The notes: generated by a model from the letters alone, not told the origin. Shown: positions 12,658-25,760, counted from the stretch's first letter. The stretch: 64,000 bases of DNA from Octopus sinensis (GCF_006345805.1 NC_043003.1:61566001-61630000), one strand, 5' to 3'. Made by a program: numbers and translations.

Positions 12658-12675
12658 CATAATAAATAATATATA

Positions 12676-12731
<56 letters not shown>

Positions 12732-12804
12732 AAATAATAAATAATAAATAATATGATATATACATATATATATATATATATATACACACACATACATACA
12801 TGCA

Positions 12805-13600
12805 TATATGGGTACAGGAAATCACCAACAAAGCAAATAACATGAAATATGTAACAAACAAGTGAAATACGTAAACAACAAGAAAAAAATGGAGAACAGG
12901 ACAAGAAAATACAGAGAAAGGACCCTTCATCAGTTGTCAGCTGTCTATATACTCCTCATTTCGAACATTCAGCGACAATATGAGTCTTCAAAGACAGTTG
13001 CTTCCATAAATTCTAAAATAAAATTTAGGATTTATGGAGGGTCAAAATTGGGAACAAAAAAATGACAGTGGACACGAGGAAACCAAACGAAAACAAACAT
13101 GGAGGGTCATTAGACCAGAACGAGGGGGAAATAGTGAATGCTGGGAGAAACATTTTTAACAAGAGAAAAGATAGAAGAGAAAGAGAAAAACATGTCCATT
13201 CTTTTAAATGTCCATGCAGGAAAAGAGAGATGGTCATGCAAGGAAAAGAAAGATGGTTTTGTGAGTAAAGTTACAATCTGAAAAGACTAGAGTTTTCAGA
13301 AAAAGAAATCAATCAACCGACATGCACATTGCAAATACAATCTGGAAGTGGAATGGTATAAATATGCAAGAATTTTCTCAAGTTCAATACGTGAATTTGC
13401 TTTTGTTACTGATATTTCAATGATGGAACTTTGTAGCTTTGTTAGAAACCAGTTCCTTCCTTACAGGAAGTCTTCAAATAATAAAAAAGCAGAAAAGAAA
13501 ATACATATTGTAGACCTACTAGGTATGTACACATACTTTCAATGCAATGCAGTAGAAAAAACAAAGGTAAATATGGTACATACATAAAACACACAGAGCC
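12805..13600 (-). mobile_element. Probable Penelope-associated terminal-repeat-like element
   Basis: Starts at a (TA/CA)n tract, has CTGATGAAGGG on the minus strand and a short degenerate ORF (LTKLQSSIIEISVTKANSRIELEKILAYLYHS). Family assignment rests on recall only. Confidence 0.35.
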
Positions 13601-13874
13601 ATGCTAGGCTGGAGAATGAAAGCACATAATTAAAATTAGACTACTGAAATAATTAATAATGACATTAATAATAATAATAATTTGTCCTAGGTGGAGGAGT
13701 GGCTGTGTGGTAAGTAGCTTGCTTACCATCCACATGGTTCCAGGTTCAGTCCCACTGCTTAATTCCTTGGGTAAGTGTCTTCTATTTTGGCCTCGGGCCG
13801 ACCAAAGCCTTACAAGTGGATTTGGTAGATGGAAACTGAAAGAATCCCGTTGTATATATATACAATTTTCAAAG

Positions 13875-15478
13875 AAAGAGGCTTGGAGATGCCATTGTGA
13901 AAGATTGCTGAATATGAAGAATGAATGGGAGGAGGAGAGCCTGCCAAATGTTGACCCAGTTAAAGGACCAGGTACCTGAATCAACAGCACCCTGGTAGAT
14001 AAAGCAATCAAGGATATGAAGTCAGGGAAAGACCATGGCCCATCAGGAATCACTGCTGAGATGTTTAAAATATCTGGTGGTGAGGGTTGTAGTCTAGTCA
14101 CTTGTATTGTAAATCAGATAGTTGACAAAGGAGTCATACCCAATGACTGGTGTAGCAGCACCATAACCAACTGCTACAAAGGTAAATGTGATGCTTTAGA
14201 CAGAAATAACTACAGGGGTATTGCCTTGCTGGATCAGGTGATGAAGATCATGGAGGGGGTCATAGCCCAACCATTTAGGGAGAGTGTCAGTGTAGATGAG
14301 ATGCAGTTTGGTTTTGTGCCAAGTAGAAGCACCACAGATGCTATATATCTGGTAAGGCAGGAGAAATACCTAACCAAAGATAAACCTCTGTACTTAGCTT
14401 TTGTTGACTTGGAGAAAGCTTTTGACAGGGTACCCTGATCCCTTATCTGGTAGTCAATGTAGAAACTAGGGATAGATGAGTGGTTAGTAAGAACTGTACA
14501 GGGATACTGTACACTTCCTAGATGATGCAGTGGTGGGTGGATGCTCTGAGAGCATTGCCACTAGAATAAGAATAGACTGGGCAAAGTTCAGAAAGCTCCT
14601 ATCTCTGTTGGTAAAAAAGGTCCTCTCACTTAAAGTGAAAGGTAGACTGTATAATGCATGTACACAAACAGCCATGCTACATGGCAGTGAGACATGGGCT
14701 GTGACTTTTGAGGACATGTGTCAGCTTGAAAGAAATGAAGCTGGTATGATCTACTGGATGTGTAATATCAGTGTGCACACATGACAGAGTGTAAGTGCCC
14801 TGAGAGAAAAGTTTGACATAAGCATCAGATGTGGTTTGCAAGAGAGATGACTGGTATGGTCATGTACTGCATATGGATGAGAAGAACTGTGTAATGAAGT
14901 GTCACATCCTAACAGTGGAAGGAACCCATGGAAGAGGGAAACTCAGGAAGACATGGGATGAGGTGGTGAAGCATTAGGCCTCACAGAGACAATGACAAGA
15001 GATCGAGACCTTTGGAGATACGCTGTGATTGAGAAGACCTGGCAAGTAAAGTGAGATCACAGTCATAGCTTATATCAGTGTTGCATAACCAGTCCATTTA
15101 AAAGTACTCTTGACTCATTGGGTGATAAGCTGTGCTTAAGAAGACCTATTGAGTAAAGTAAAATCAAAATCAAAATCAAATCAAGATCAAAATCAAAATG
15201 GAAATCGTAGTTGTGACTGATGCCAGTGCCACCTGACTAGCACCCATACTAGGGGCATGTAGTAAGCATCATTCAAGTGTAGGCCGATGTCAGTGTCACC
15301 TGACTGGCTCCCCATGCTGGTGGCACATAAAAAGCACTATCTGAACATGGTTGATGCCAGTGCCCCACCTGGCTCCTGTGCCATTGGTGCAGCCTACTGG
15401 CTTGCCAGTCTCCAGTCAAACTGTCCAACCCATGCAAGCATAGAAAACGGATGTTAAACGATGATGATGATGATGATA
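13875..15478 (+). mobile_element. RTE LINE, degenerate, central RT region deleted, with 3' UTR and (GAT)n tail
   Basis: GPSGITAEMFK, YKGKCDALDRNNYRGIALL, QFGFVPSRSTTDAI, AFVDLEKAFDRVP, then AMLHGSETWA. Track ORFs 14016-14438 and 14530-14784. Confidence 0.88.
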
Positions 15479-15489
15479 TATATATATGT

Positions 15490-15700
15490 GTTCATCTTCC
15501 CCCGCCCTCCCCACCCATTGCTTGACAACTGATGTTGGTGTGTTTACGTATCCGTAACTTAGCAGTTCGGCAAAAGAGACCAGTAGAATAAGTACTAAGC
15601 TTACAAAGAATAAATCCTGGGGTCGATTTGCTCGTCTAAAAGGTGGTGCTCCAGCATAGCCACAGCCAGATTACTGAAACAAGTAAAAGAATAAAAGAAT
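15490..15700 (+). mobile_element. SINE family A, 3' half
   Basis: Matches 36640-36820. Confidence 0.75.
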
Positions 15701-17030
15701 AATGCTTGTTCTTGCACCATGCACATATGAGTGCTTCTGTCTCTATCTTCAGGTCACTCCTCTACAACCATAAGCACCAATCTTCTGTATCTGTCTTGGC
15801 ATATGTATCTCTTGCAAACTGACCATATATTTTTTCCATCTGAGTTGTTACTTTTTTTGAGTTCTTTTCCTCTTTAAGTTTTTCTTTACACAATTATCAG
15901 TTTTGATGACACTGGACATCTGCACATTTTAACAATGGTTTCACTGCATTTTTTTTTACATACCCTCTGCTTATCTACAGTTGTGGCAACTGATCAAACT
16001 TCTCCATTAAGAATGAACTATGAGAAGTGCAGCATTGACGACACAACTGAGAGTGACAAATGCAAAATGTGTGGTGAGAGGGGTGAAATGTTTTATGGCA
16101 CATTCTCAGTGAATGCCTGAAATTGGCACACTGTAATTACAAAAGATGACATGACAATCTGGCAAGAAGGATCCATTGGGAGCTCTAGCACAGTTGGTCG
16201 CGTTAACAAAGGGATGTGGGCTTGAATCCCACGCAGAGAGGAAAGCCTACTTTTAGGTGCAGGAGTGGCTGTGTGGTAAGTAGCTTGTTTACAAACCATG
16301 TAGACGGAAACTGAAAAAAGCCCATCATATATATATGTATATGTGTGTGTGTTTGTGTGTCTGTTTGTCTCCCCAACATCGCTTGACAACCGATGCTGGT
16401 GTGTTTACATCCCCGTAACTTAGCGGTTCGACAAAAGACACTGATAGAATAAGTACTAGGCTTACAAAGAATAAGTCCTGGGGTTGATTTGCTTGATTAA
16501 AGGCGGTGCTCCAGCATGGCTGCAATCAAATGACTGAAACAAGTAAAAGAGCAAAGATATGGTGTGACCAAATCCCAGAAGGAGTTACCGAGAATGAAGA
16601 TTGCAAAATCCAGTGGGATGCAATGCTTCAGTGTGACCATCAGATCAGACATTGGGAACCTGACATTGCTGTGGCGAACAAAAAAAAAAGTTGCATGATA
16701 ATCAGGGTCAAAGTTGCATGACAACAGGGTCAAAGAGAAAGAATAAGAAAAACTGAACTATAATGAATTGAAGTGGGAAATATGCAGGTTGTGGGCAATG
16801 AAGAGAGTGGACGTGATACCAGTAGTGATTGGTACATTTGGAAGTATCACCACTCAGCTACCAACATGGCTCAAAAAGATTGGTACAATTGTAAAGATAG
16901 AACACCTACAAAGATCATCATTGCTTGGAACTGCAAGAGTTCTCAGCAAGATTCTTGAAACATAATCCTTATACAAGGGTTACCTTAGTCTGCTGGCTGT
17001 AGACAGCTGACCCTTTCCATCATACCCAAC
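15701..17030 (+). mobile_element. R4/Dong-clade non-LTR retrotransposon 3' portion with an inverted 5' segment (15701-16003 on minus)
   Basis: Minus segment YGQFARD...SDLKIETEALICA..QEQAL. Plus segment LRMNY...CKMCGE..HILSEC (CCHC zinc knuckle), HDNLARRIHWEL, EPDI, PVVIGTFG, LLGTARVLSKILET*. Followed by (AAT)n. Confidence 0.85.
16258..16550 (+). mobile_element. SINE family A (internally deleted) inserted into the R4/Dong element
   Basis: SINE head and tail interrupt the R4 frame between IHWEL and WCDQIPEGV. Confidence 0.8.
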
Positions 17031-17054
17031 AAAATAAGCTGAGAGTTTTCATCA

Positions 17055-17109
<55 letters not shown>
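17055..17109. repeat. (AAT)n tail/microsatellite
   Basis: Read directly. Confidence 0.9.
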
Positions 17110-17110
<1 letters not shown>

Positions 17111-18180
17111 CATTGGGAGGTTATGAAGCAAATAGAAGAAGTGGGCTATAAGTACTTGGAGATATTGGAAATGGATAAATTGATGGAGAAAGAAATGACA
17201 GAAAAACTTAAGGTGGGGTACTTGCACAGACAGACTGATCCTTAAGTCGAAATTATATGGACAGAACAAGCTTGAAGCTATCAACACCTGGGCAGTTTCA
17301 CTACTTAGATATGGAGCAGGAGTAATTGCATGGACAGTAGACGAACCAAACAGCTTAGACAGAAAGACAAGGAAGTTGCTGACTTGATATGGGATATTCC
17401 ACCCAAAAAGTGACACATCTCATCCCATGTCTTCCTAGGTCTCCCTCTTCCATGGGTTCCTTCCACAGTTAGGGTGTGACACTTCCTCACACAGCTCTCC
17501 TCATCCATATGCAGCACATGAACATACCAGTGCAGTTGTCTCTCTTGTACACCACATCTGATGCTTCTTATGTACTAAGAAAAGGAGGGGGAAGGGAACT
17601 GACTGAATGTGAACACAGCATTAGAGCAGAAGGAAACAACACAGCACGGTATGTAAAAAATGGCACAGAACCACTATTATTGGAAGTAAGAAGGTCAAGC
17701 TTGTGTTAAATGGAAGATTGCAAAGATAATGCACTGTACAAGCACTTGAGAATGAATGAAACTGAAAATAGGTGGATAGAGAAAAGAATGTTGAAGACAA
17801 GGCAGACAGAGAAAAAAAGATGGCTATAGATGAATAAAAGTGATTTAAAACCGGAAACAGAGGCTCTAATCTGTGCTGCCTAAGAGCAAGCATTAAGAAC
17901 CAATTACATCCAATACAGAATAGACAGCACATCAGAAAGTGATAAGTGTAGAATTTGTGGACAAATATTACCAGTCAATGTACGCCATAAGAGACATCAT
18001 GACAATATAGCAAGGCTTGTCCATTGGACACTTTGCAACAAGTATGGACTTGACAGAGCAAAAAAGTGGTATGAACACAAACCCAAAGGCATCATCGAAA
18101 ATGATAATGCAAAGATCCTATGGGAATTTATGATTCAATGCGACCACGAGATAAATAATAGGAAACCAGACAGAGTGTTA
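17110..18180 (+). mobile_element. Second R4/Dong-clade fragment, interrupted at 17418-17570 by an antisense RTE piece
   Basis: GYKYLEILE, KLEAINTWAVSLLRYGAG, LDRKTRKLL, HPKSD|YVLRKGGGR, SDLKPETEALICAA, RTNYIQYRID, HDNIARLVHW, KILWEFMIQCDH, RKPD. Confidence 0.85.
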
Positions 18181-18226
18181 AATGTACCCCACTGTCACTT
18201 TGATGACGTGCATTACCCTCTCACTC

Positions 18227-18258
<32 letters not shown>

Positions 18259-20674
18259 TAATAACAACTTTGATGATGATTTCTAATAATAATAATAATA
18301 ACTTTGATGATGATTTCTAATAATAATAATAATAATAATAATAATAGTGTGGTGAAAGTAGACCTTAACTAAAGGGTTTTGCATTTAACAAAAGTCAATC
18401 CAAGAATTTACTGAAGTAGTATGAATGAGAGATGAAATGTTGAGCCAGTAGATTGTCACTCCACTAATTTGGAAAGCAGCAACTTTTCATTTAATCTTCA
18501 TTCCAAAGTCTTCCTCAATAAATGATCTGTTTCTCCCAAAATATCCTCTTGCACTGATCAGTACTACATGTGCTCATGTTTTAATGGATGGAACTTAAAC
18601 TAACTGAGTAGAGATATTGAAAATATACCTTAATAGGAGCATAATAGTCTAATCTCAACAGCTACGAAAGACATGTTTTAAACCCCGAAATTCACAACAA
18701 ATGCTAAGTTTTATAATCTCTGATGATCACTTAGTGTGGCCTCATACAGATGACTTTCTCAAATCTGTATCCTAATCACAAGTCTTTGACTTCAGGGTCA
18801 GAAAAACTCATATATGATCCACATACAAATCAGCAGCAAGGCTTCTACTGCCCATCCTAGACTGTATCCAATATATGCTATTTGATTGACAAAGGCTGTC
18901 AACCATAAAAGTATGAAAGACAGAGCCAACTTTGGCAACATTAGAACTCAGAACGTAAATGCCACTAAGCATTTTGTCCAGCATGCTAATGATTCTGCCA
19001 CAAGGTCAGAAAGTTTGGAGGGAGGTGTTAAATTGATTACATTGGCCCTAGTGATCAACTGGTACTTACTTTATCGACCCCACAAGGATGAAAGGTAAAG
19101 TTCACCATGGTAGAATTACACTTTAATATTAAAATGTTTTTCCTACTGTTTACAATATAAATTCAGCCAGATTGAGGCCAAGAGGGTTATGTATCTTAAC
19201 TACATGGTAGTAACCCATTATGTAAAGACTGCTTCAAAGAAAGGGGGAAATGCATACTCCAATGGCAGTAATGTTTACTCCAAAAGATTCCAATCTGAGC
19301 CAATTAGTGAATTTAGACATTTAATCATGTGCTAAATTCAGTGATTCCTGAATTTTGGTTACACTGGGAAATGTCTAATTAAGAACCAAATAATTCAAGG
19401 GCATCCATGAAAATAATAGAGCCTCAAAACTATATTGAACTTCATTATCTGAATGTTTTCAAGATATTTAAAGATCAATCACTTTTCTTGTTATTTTAAA
19501 TAGTGTAGTTATTGACATGAGAAGATAAGTAATTTGGGTAGCTAAAGACATTAAAAAAAATACAGTTCACCTCGCTTGACAGATATGGAGAGAGCAGGGG
19601 TTCAATTTTTATTGCTTTAACTGCAAACATTTTTATTTATGTCAATGAAGAAAAAACGGCGCCACAGAATTGGTTAAAGTAAATGGAGATAGATGTAACT
19701 GTATACTTGGTGGATAGGGCATAAAGTATTTTAAGTAGAAGTAATTAATGAAGAATAGAAATAGATTTGCCAATTTTGTTTGGTCTGTATATATAGCAAG
19801 GGATATTTGAATATATTCAGCCTTCAGATATGGAAACAGTAGGAAAGGAAAACAAAACTCTAGCAAAAAAACAGACACTTTTTTCTATGCTTGTGTTGTC
19901 AGTGTGGTTGCATTTTTTTTTTAATGGGACAGGATTTAGCTTATGGCATGGAAACTCTCAGGTTTCACTCATCTTCGCTACACCAACCTAGGCCTTATTT
20001 GAAAGAGAGAGAAAGCAAAAAGAAAAAAAAAATTCCTTTGCAGACCCAGTTAACATTAATTTTTTTTGTTGTTGTTATTCTTATTATTACCTTTTTTTTT
20101 TTAATCTAGACTTTTATCTGACTTAAATGGGATGTAAAGCAGAATGAATGGTTGCCAATAACTTTCAGGAAAATCTGTAATAAACATAGAAATGAAAAAT
20201 GGTTGATTTTTTTGTTTGTTTTGGTTCTTTTTTTAAACTGCTTTAATGGATTTGTGAGGAAAGAAGGTTTCTAATTTTAAATTTGATGGTCAATAAACAA
20301 AGATCTAAACCAACACTACTGGCTGTTTATTGATTTTACATAAAATAGCTGAGAGAAAACCTGCTCACACATTCATACAATAGAGAAAGAACATTAAAAG
20401 ATGTTACTGCATCAGTTGCCTTCTCAGTATTTTCTCCTGGCACTTTCAATCAAACCCTGAGAAAATACACTGAATATTTTGCTACTTTAATGAAATATGC
20501 ATAAATTCTCTGGGGATAGTAATTTTGCATATATCAATGCATTGAGTACTAAAAATGAATTTTCTAACTGGAGGGTTGTAAAGAAAATAAATAGAAATGG
20601 TAGTCTAGATATATAAATTTAAAATAAAAAGCTAACCACTGGAAGATATTACTTGCTAATTAGTACTTTTCTTA

Positions 20675-20900
20675 AGGCCAGTGAGCTGACAAAAAATTGT
20701 TAGTATGCTGGGTGAAATGCTTAGTGGCATTTTGTCTGACTATACATTCTGAGTTCAAATTCCACCGAGATCGACTTTGACTTTCATCAGTTTGTGGCCA
20801 ATAAAATAAATACCAGTTGCGCACTGGGGGTCAATGTAACTGACTAACTCTCCCCTCCACATCTTGAAATTGCTGCCCTCGAGGCAAAATTTGAAACTGA
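20675..20900 (+). mobile_element. SINE family B copy (others at 18900-19130 minus and 25845-26060 plus)
   Basis: Shares head gttagYatgctgggYRaaatgcttag...gagttcaaattcc and central gactttcatc...ataaaataaataccagtt with 63730-63972. Confidence 0.7.
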
Positions 20901-21863
20901 TAATTAATATCTTTCTTCGTTATGTAATCCTAGAGTGTTTTTCACAAGTCAGATGTACAAATTTCATAAATGTAAAAACTGCTTCCTTGTCCCAACCTTT
21001 AAATATCGCCAAGAACTGTTTAACCCTTTTTTGAGACAGATGGTGTTTTGATAATGAAACACATCTACTGAAAGATGATTTCTTATTGGCTATTATACTT
21101 CAAAACCAACCCTTGTTCCATTGAGCAAATGGATTGGCCTCAAAATCCTTTCAACTTGTATCACTTGGGCTGAAGAATTGGCCTCAGTATCCCAAGAGGG
21201 TCAATGTCTCGTCTCATCACAGAATGCAACCTCATAACTCATCCAAGCAGGCGGTCAACCATACTGCTTGTGTTCCACACACTATCATTTTAATTTCTCA
21301 TGTACTGTATAATCAGTTAATGTGAAATCCTATTGAGCTTCTGATCATTTTACCTTTTTACTGGGTCCAGTCATTGGATAGCAGCCATGCAGGGGCACCA
21401 CCTTAGAGGATTTAATCATACAAAACTCTGGTAAGTATTCTATTGGTTTCTTTTGCCAAAGTACTAAGTTATGGTAATGAAAACAAACCAATACCAGTTG
21501 TCAAGCATGTTTGTCAAACACACATGCATATGTAATGGGCTTCCACACAGTTTCTATCAAACAAATTTGCTCACAAGGTCTTGGTCAGTCTGAGGCTATA
21601 GTAGTAGACACTTGCTGATGGAGTTGCAGAGTGTAACTGAATCCAAAACCAGTCATGCTTGCACCAACACATATATATATATATACATTAAATTCTTAAA
21701 GAATTCTAATAGCATAAATCACTACCATCATCCAAATTTTCATTAGACAACTATCTATTCTGGCATAAAAATGACATTTTAGCCTTAAAAATTTTTTATC
21801 CACCTAAAAGCAAAAATAAAGGATGGAGTGGGGAGAGTTATCATCTATCTATCTATCTATCAT

Positions 21864-21897
<34 letters not shown>

Positions 21898-21989
21898 TAG
21901 ATAGATAGATGGATAGACCAACATACACACATACATATATACGTATAGGTACACATATGTATAAGTATATATATATATATATAAGTACC

Positions 21990-22370
21990 TTGGATTATAG
22001 GACAACCTGCTGTGCTTACCTTGGATCGTAGGGCAACCTGCTGTGCTTGAGGAGACCTAATGAATCAAGTACATCAAAATCAAATGGAAATTGTAGCTGT
22101 GATACCCATGTCGGTGGCATGTAAAAAGCACCATCCGAACGTGGCTGATGACAGCGCCATCATGGCTGGCTTCTGTGCCAGAGGCATGTAAAAAGCACCC
22201 ACTACACTCATGGAGTGGTTGGCATTAGGAAGGGCATCCAGCTGTAGAAACACTGCCAGATCAGACTGGAGCCTGGTGTAGCCTCCTGGCTTCCCAGACC
22301 CTGGTCAAACCATCCAACCCGTGCTAGCACGGAAAACAGTCATTAAACGACAACGATGATGATGATGATA
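21990..22370 (+). mobile_element. RTE 3' UTR and tail fragment
   Basis: gtggcatgtaaaaagcacc modules, then ccaacccgtgctagcacgg and (GAT)n. Confidence 0.75.
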
Positions 22371-22407
22371 TATATATAAAACAGGTTAAATTATCTCCAT
22401 GTGACAT

Positions 22408-22520
22408 TAAGTTTTATGGATGTGTAGGAGACATTCATCTCATCAGATGTTTAGAAGAAGAGACAGTATCTCAAACATCTGATGAGATGTACATATCTTT
22501 AAGTCCACAAAACTTTAGCT
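22408..22520. repeat. Palindrome with a 17 bp perfect inverted repeat (22436-22452 / 22473-22489), CTGATGAG on both strands
   Basis: catctcatcagatgttt and aaacatctgatgagatg; outer imperfect arms ttaagttttatgga / tccacaaaacttta. Confidence 0.75.
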
Positions 22521-22599
22521 GAGTCAAATGTTATTGCATACAAGAATATTCCAACCAATTGTGTTGAGTGTATGCTTGTTGACTTGCTCATATATATGC

Positions 22600-22635
<36 letters not shown>

Positions 22636-23814
22636 GCACACACAATGAGCATCCACAAAGTTCCCATTTACCAAATATTACTCACAAGGCATTATTTGGT
22701 GTAAAGCTACAGTACAAGATACTGTGTAATGGAATCTGAAACCATGAGGATACAAAGCAAATTCTTAACTTTGCAGTCATTACTGCACTTAGTTATAAAC
22801 CTGTGCCATACAGAAAGCTGTCTTCATGGGCGATGGTTGATAATTAGTCTAACCTCTACTTTGGTAGCTAGTGGTACATGTTATATGTTGACATTTTCTA
22901 TACTATAAAGAGAGCTGCTTATTAATTAGTTTGGAGAATGGATTTTTTATTAAAATAAAGCAATTATTAAAGTCTACATTGTCTAGAAAACTCTTATAAA
23001 TTTCAAGTTTAATATAGTTTTAACAAAATGTGGTTTTCGCATTTCTTTTATGACTGAAAATTTCAACGATATAATTCAGTCACAAAACTAATTTTTATTC
23101 ACTGTGACACAATAATTTTATATAGCAAGATAGCATTTTTAACACCTCTGTTTTTACTCCTGCAAATATAAAGGTTGCCTAAATATGTGCAACACAACTT
23201 TCTACAAACATATCAGTAAACACACTTATCCAAATCATAAGTTTAATCCAGTATCAGTTAAATTATGTTGATGTCAGTTTCCTTTCACATTTGTTGGGTG
23301 GTGTTGAAGAAATAGAAAGCTGAATAAGAAAAGCAGTTTTAATTTACTAATTACTTATGTGAATATAAACTCATCTCATTTTCTTTCACCTGAAGTATTT
23401 GACTGCTGTTCACAATATTAAAAAAAACCTATTATAGACAATTTCTAATGCTAGGGCTCAGAATTATTTTTTTGTGGCGAGAGTACAACACCCTCTGACA
23501 AGAATAGATGGGACCACTACATATAAATAGTTTGGTCTTTGAGGTACAGTTTGAGTTAGTGTTTGGGAAATATTGATTGTTCTTTTTGTTGCAGGTTTGT
23601 TACTGCCGCTGTTTCTATTTTGTATTGTTATAACATTGTTACAGTGTATTCTTTATCTATCCTCAACAATATCAGCCATACTACAATATTGGAGGCATAA
23701 GGATATAACAATTTTAAATGTATTTACTGAGCAAGTGAGGATACAAAGAAAATTAAATATATCAGAAAAATCACACAAATTGCAAATCAAATGTGTAGAT
23801 ATTTAATATTCTCC

Positions 23815-24045
23815 CAAAGAGCATGAGGGACCTACACAAAGTAGATATAGGTGTTTTCAGATCAAAACTGGATTTCTTCTGGTCTAGAATCCCAGATGAA
23901 CCTACCTCACGACAGGAGGCAGAAATGAGGGCAGCAACATCAAACTCCCTTATTTACCAGATACCACATATCAGAGGAGGCTCTCAATAATAACAGTGTA
24001 GCAAAACAGTGAAGCCCCAGCATGGCCACAGCTGGAACTGATAAG
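23815..24045 (+). mobile_element. CR1 LINE 3' end fragment related to the 3899-6785 element
   Basis: PDEPTSRQEAEMRAATSNSL compared with PDEPTSRQEGQMRAAASNSL; tail gccccagcatggccacagct. Confidence 0.8.
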
Positions 24046-24619
24046 AAAAAAATACTATTTAGCAACTAAGAGAAAACTGACTGGAGGGTGGACTTTCTGC
24101 TAGTGCAGTAAATAAATTTTTAATCTGCTTCAATATCATCATTTATATGCATTTCGAAATGCAAAAAAACAAAAAAAAAAACAATAAAACCTAAGACAAA
24201 ACTACAAGTTCATCATCAATAAAATAACTGATGCTTTTATTGTATACAATATAAAAAATACATTTAGTTAAGATTCTATTTCAGATATAAGAGTTTACAA
24301 AATACAATCTGCCGTCATCATCATCATCACCAGCGCTACCACAACCACGAAGATGACCACCACCACCACCACCACCATCATCATTGTTGTTTTAATGTTC
24401 ACTTTTCTATACTTGCGTGGTCTAACAAAATTCACTGAGGTAAATTTTTCTATGTCCAATTGCCTATTCCTATTGCAGACATTCCTTTGGTCAGACATAT
24501 TTCACAGAAGATAGCAAAACAAAGGATAGAGTTTGTATGATGGTAATACACCTTAACAGTTATTCCACAATGTCAAGACAAGAAAATAAACACATACATT
24601 ATATATATATATGCTTGAC

Positions 24620-24793
24620 CGCTAAATCCACAAGTTTTTTTAATTCTCTCTCTGTTTATTTTCTGTCATTCCTTCCTGTTGAAGAGCGCAGGCTCGAAAC
24701 GTAAAAGACTTTCTCACTTTCCTGAGTGTCAAACTAAGACCCCTGTTTGTTGTTCATATACTTGTCTTTATCTTTTGTTTTTCCGTAAATTTC

Positions 24794-24800
<7 letters not shown>
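24620..24800 (+). mobile_element. Probable Penelope pLTR-like short element with a minimal hammerhead-like motif (24676-24710)
   Basis: CTGTTGA-A-GAGC-gcag-GCTC-GAAAC-GTA; the element lies between (TA)n tracts. Confidence 0.5.
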
Positions 24801-24837
<37 letters not shown>

Positions 24838-25423
24838 TATATATACATACACACACACATGACAGGCTTCTTTCAATTTCTGTCTTTGAATTCACTGACA
24901 CGGTTTTAGCCAGCTCAGAGCAATAGTAGAAGCAATAGTACAAGGCACCATGTAGTGGGACTGAACCTGAAACCACATGGTCATGAAAGAAACTTTATAA
25001 CTACACAGCCATGTCTGCACTTATATATGGATGTTAAAATATCTGTTCAAGCATGAATCCAACAGTTGAAGAACTGTGATTTCGAATCTAGATTTAATGT
25101 TATTCAGTAGCTAATGGAGCCAAAGTTATGTGCTCTGTTGTTTAGTTTTTAAACAACTTATGGACATCTGCTGTTATTCTAACAGTAGTATACACATGAC
25201 AATTCAAGTGTAAAGGAAATTATGTAAACAACATTACAGAATATGAAACAAGAAATTAATTTTTCTTTCTAAAACATACTTAGTGATATGATAATTTTTT
25301 TAGAATATTAACTACATCTTTAAACTATGAAACATTTCTGTTAATATTTATATTTATGTCTTAATCGATTTGATACCTTTTTGTCATTAAATGTTTCATT
25401 CTTGGACATATATATATATATAC

Positions 25424-25760
25424 CATCCGATCGTGGCCGTTGCCAGCCTCAACCATCCGATCGTGGCCGTTGCCAGCCTTGACCATCTGATCGTGGCCAT
25501 TGCCAGCCTCGCCTGGCCCCCGTGCTGGTGGCATGTAAAAAGCACCATCCGATCGTGGCCGTTTGCCAGCCTTGTCTGGCACGTAAAAGCACCCACTACA
25601 CTCACAGAGTGGTTGGCGTTAAGAAGGGCATCCAACCATAGAAACATTGCCAGATCAGACTGGGCCTGGTGCAGCCTTCTGGCTTTCCAGACCCCAGTTG
25701 AACTGTCCAACCCATGCTAGCATGGAAAGCAGACACTAAACGATGATGATTATGATGATG
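25424..25760 (+). mobile_element. RTE 3' UTR fragment with 3 x 30 bp tandem units
   Basis: accatccgatcgtggccgttgccagcctc occurs three times, with a fourth dispersed copy, then the RTE tail. Confidence 0.75.

Noticed and set aside
12915-12975. CTGATGAAGGG with an upstream CGAAAT as a type II hammerhead
   Set aside because: I could not build convincing stems I and III.
13300-13522. Plus-strand open frame between a CAG and a GTATGT donor (KKKSINRHAHCKYNLEVEWYKY...)
   Set aside because: Weak pyrimidine tract, no recognisable protein, no partner exons, and it lies inside a probable repeat.
19571-19620. 50 nt minus-strand candidate exon (KAIKIEPLLSPYLSSE)
   Set aside because: Mediocre splice sites, no recognisable homology, no partner exons.
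23595-23806. Strong plus-strand acceptor followed by a hydrophobic ORF
   Set aside because: No recognisable domain and no upstream partner exon.
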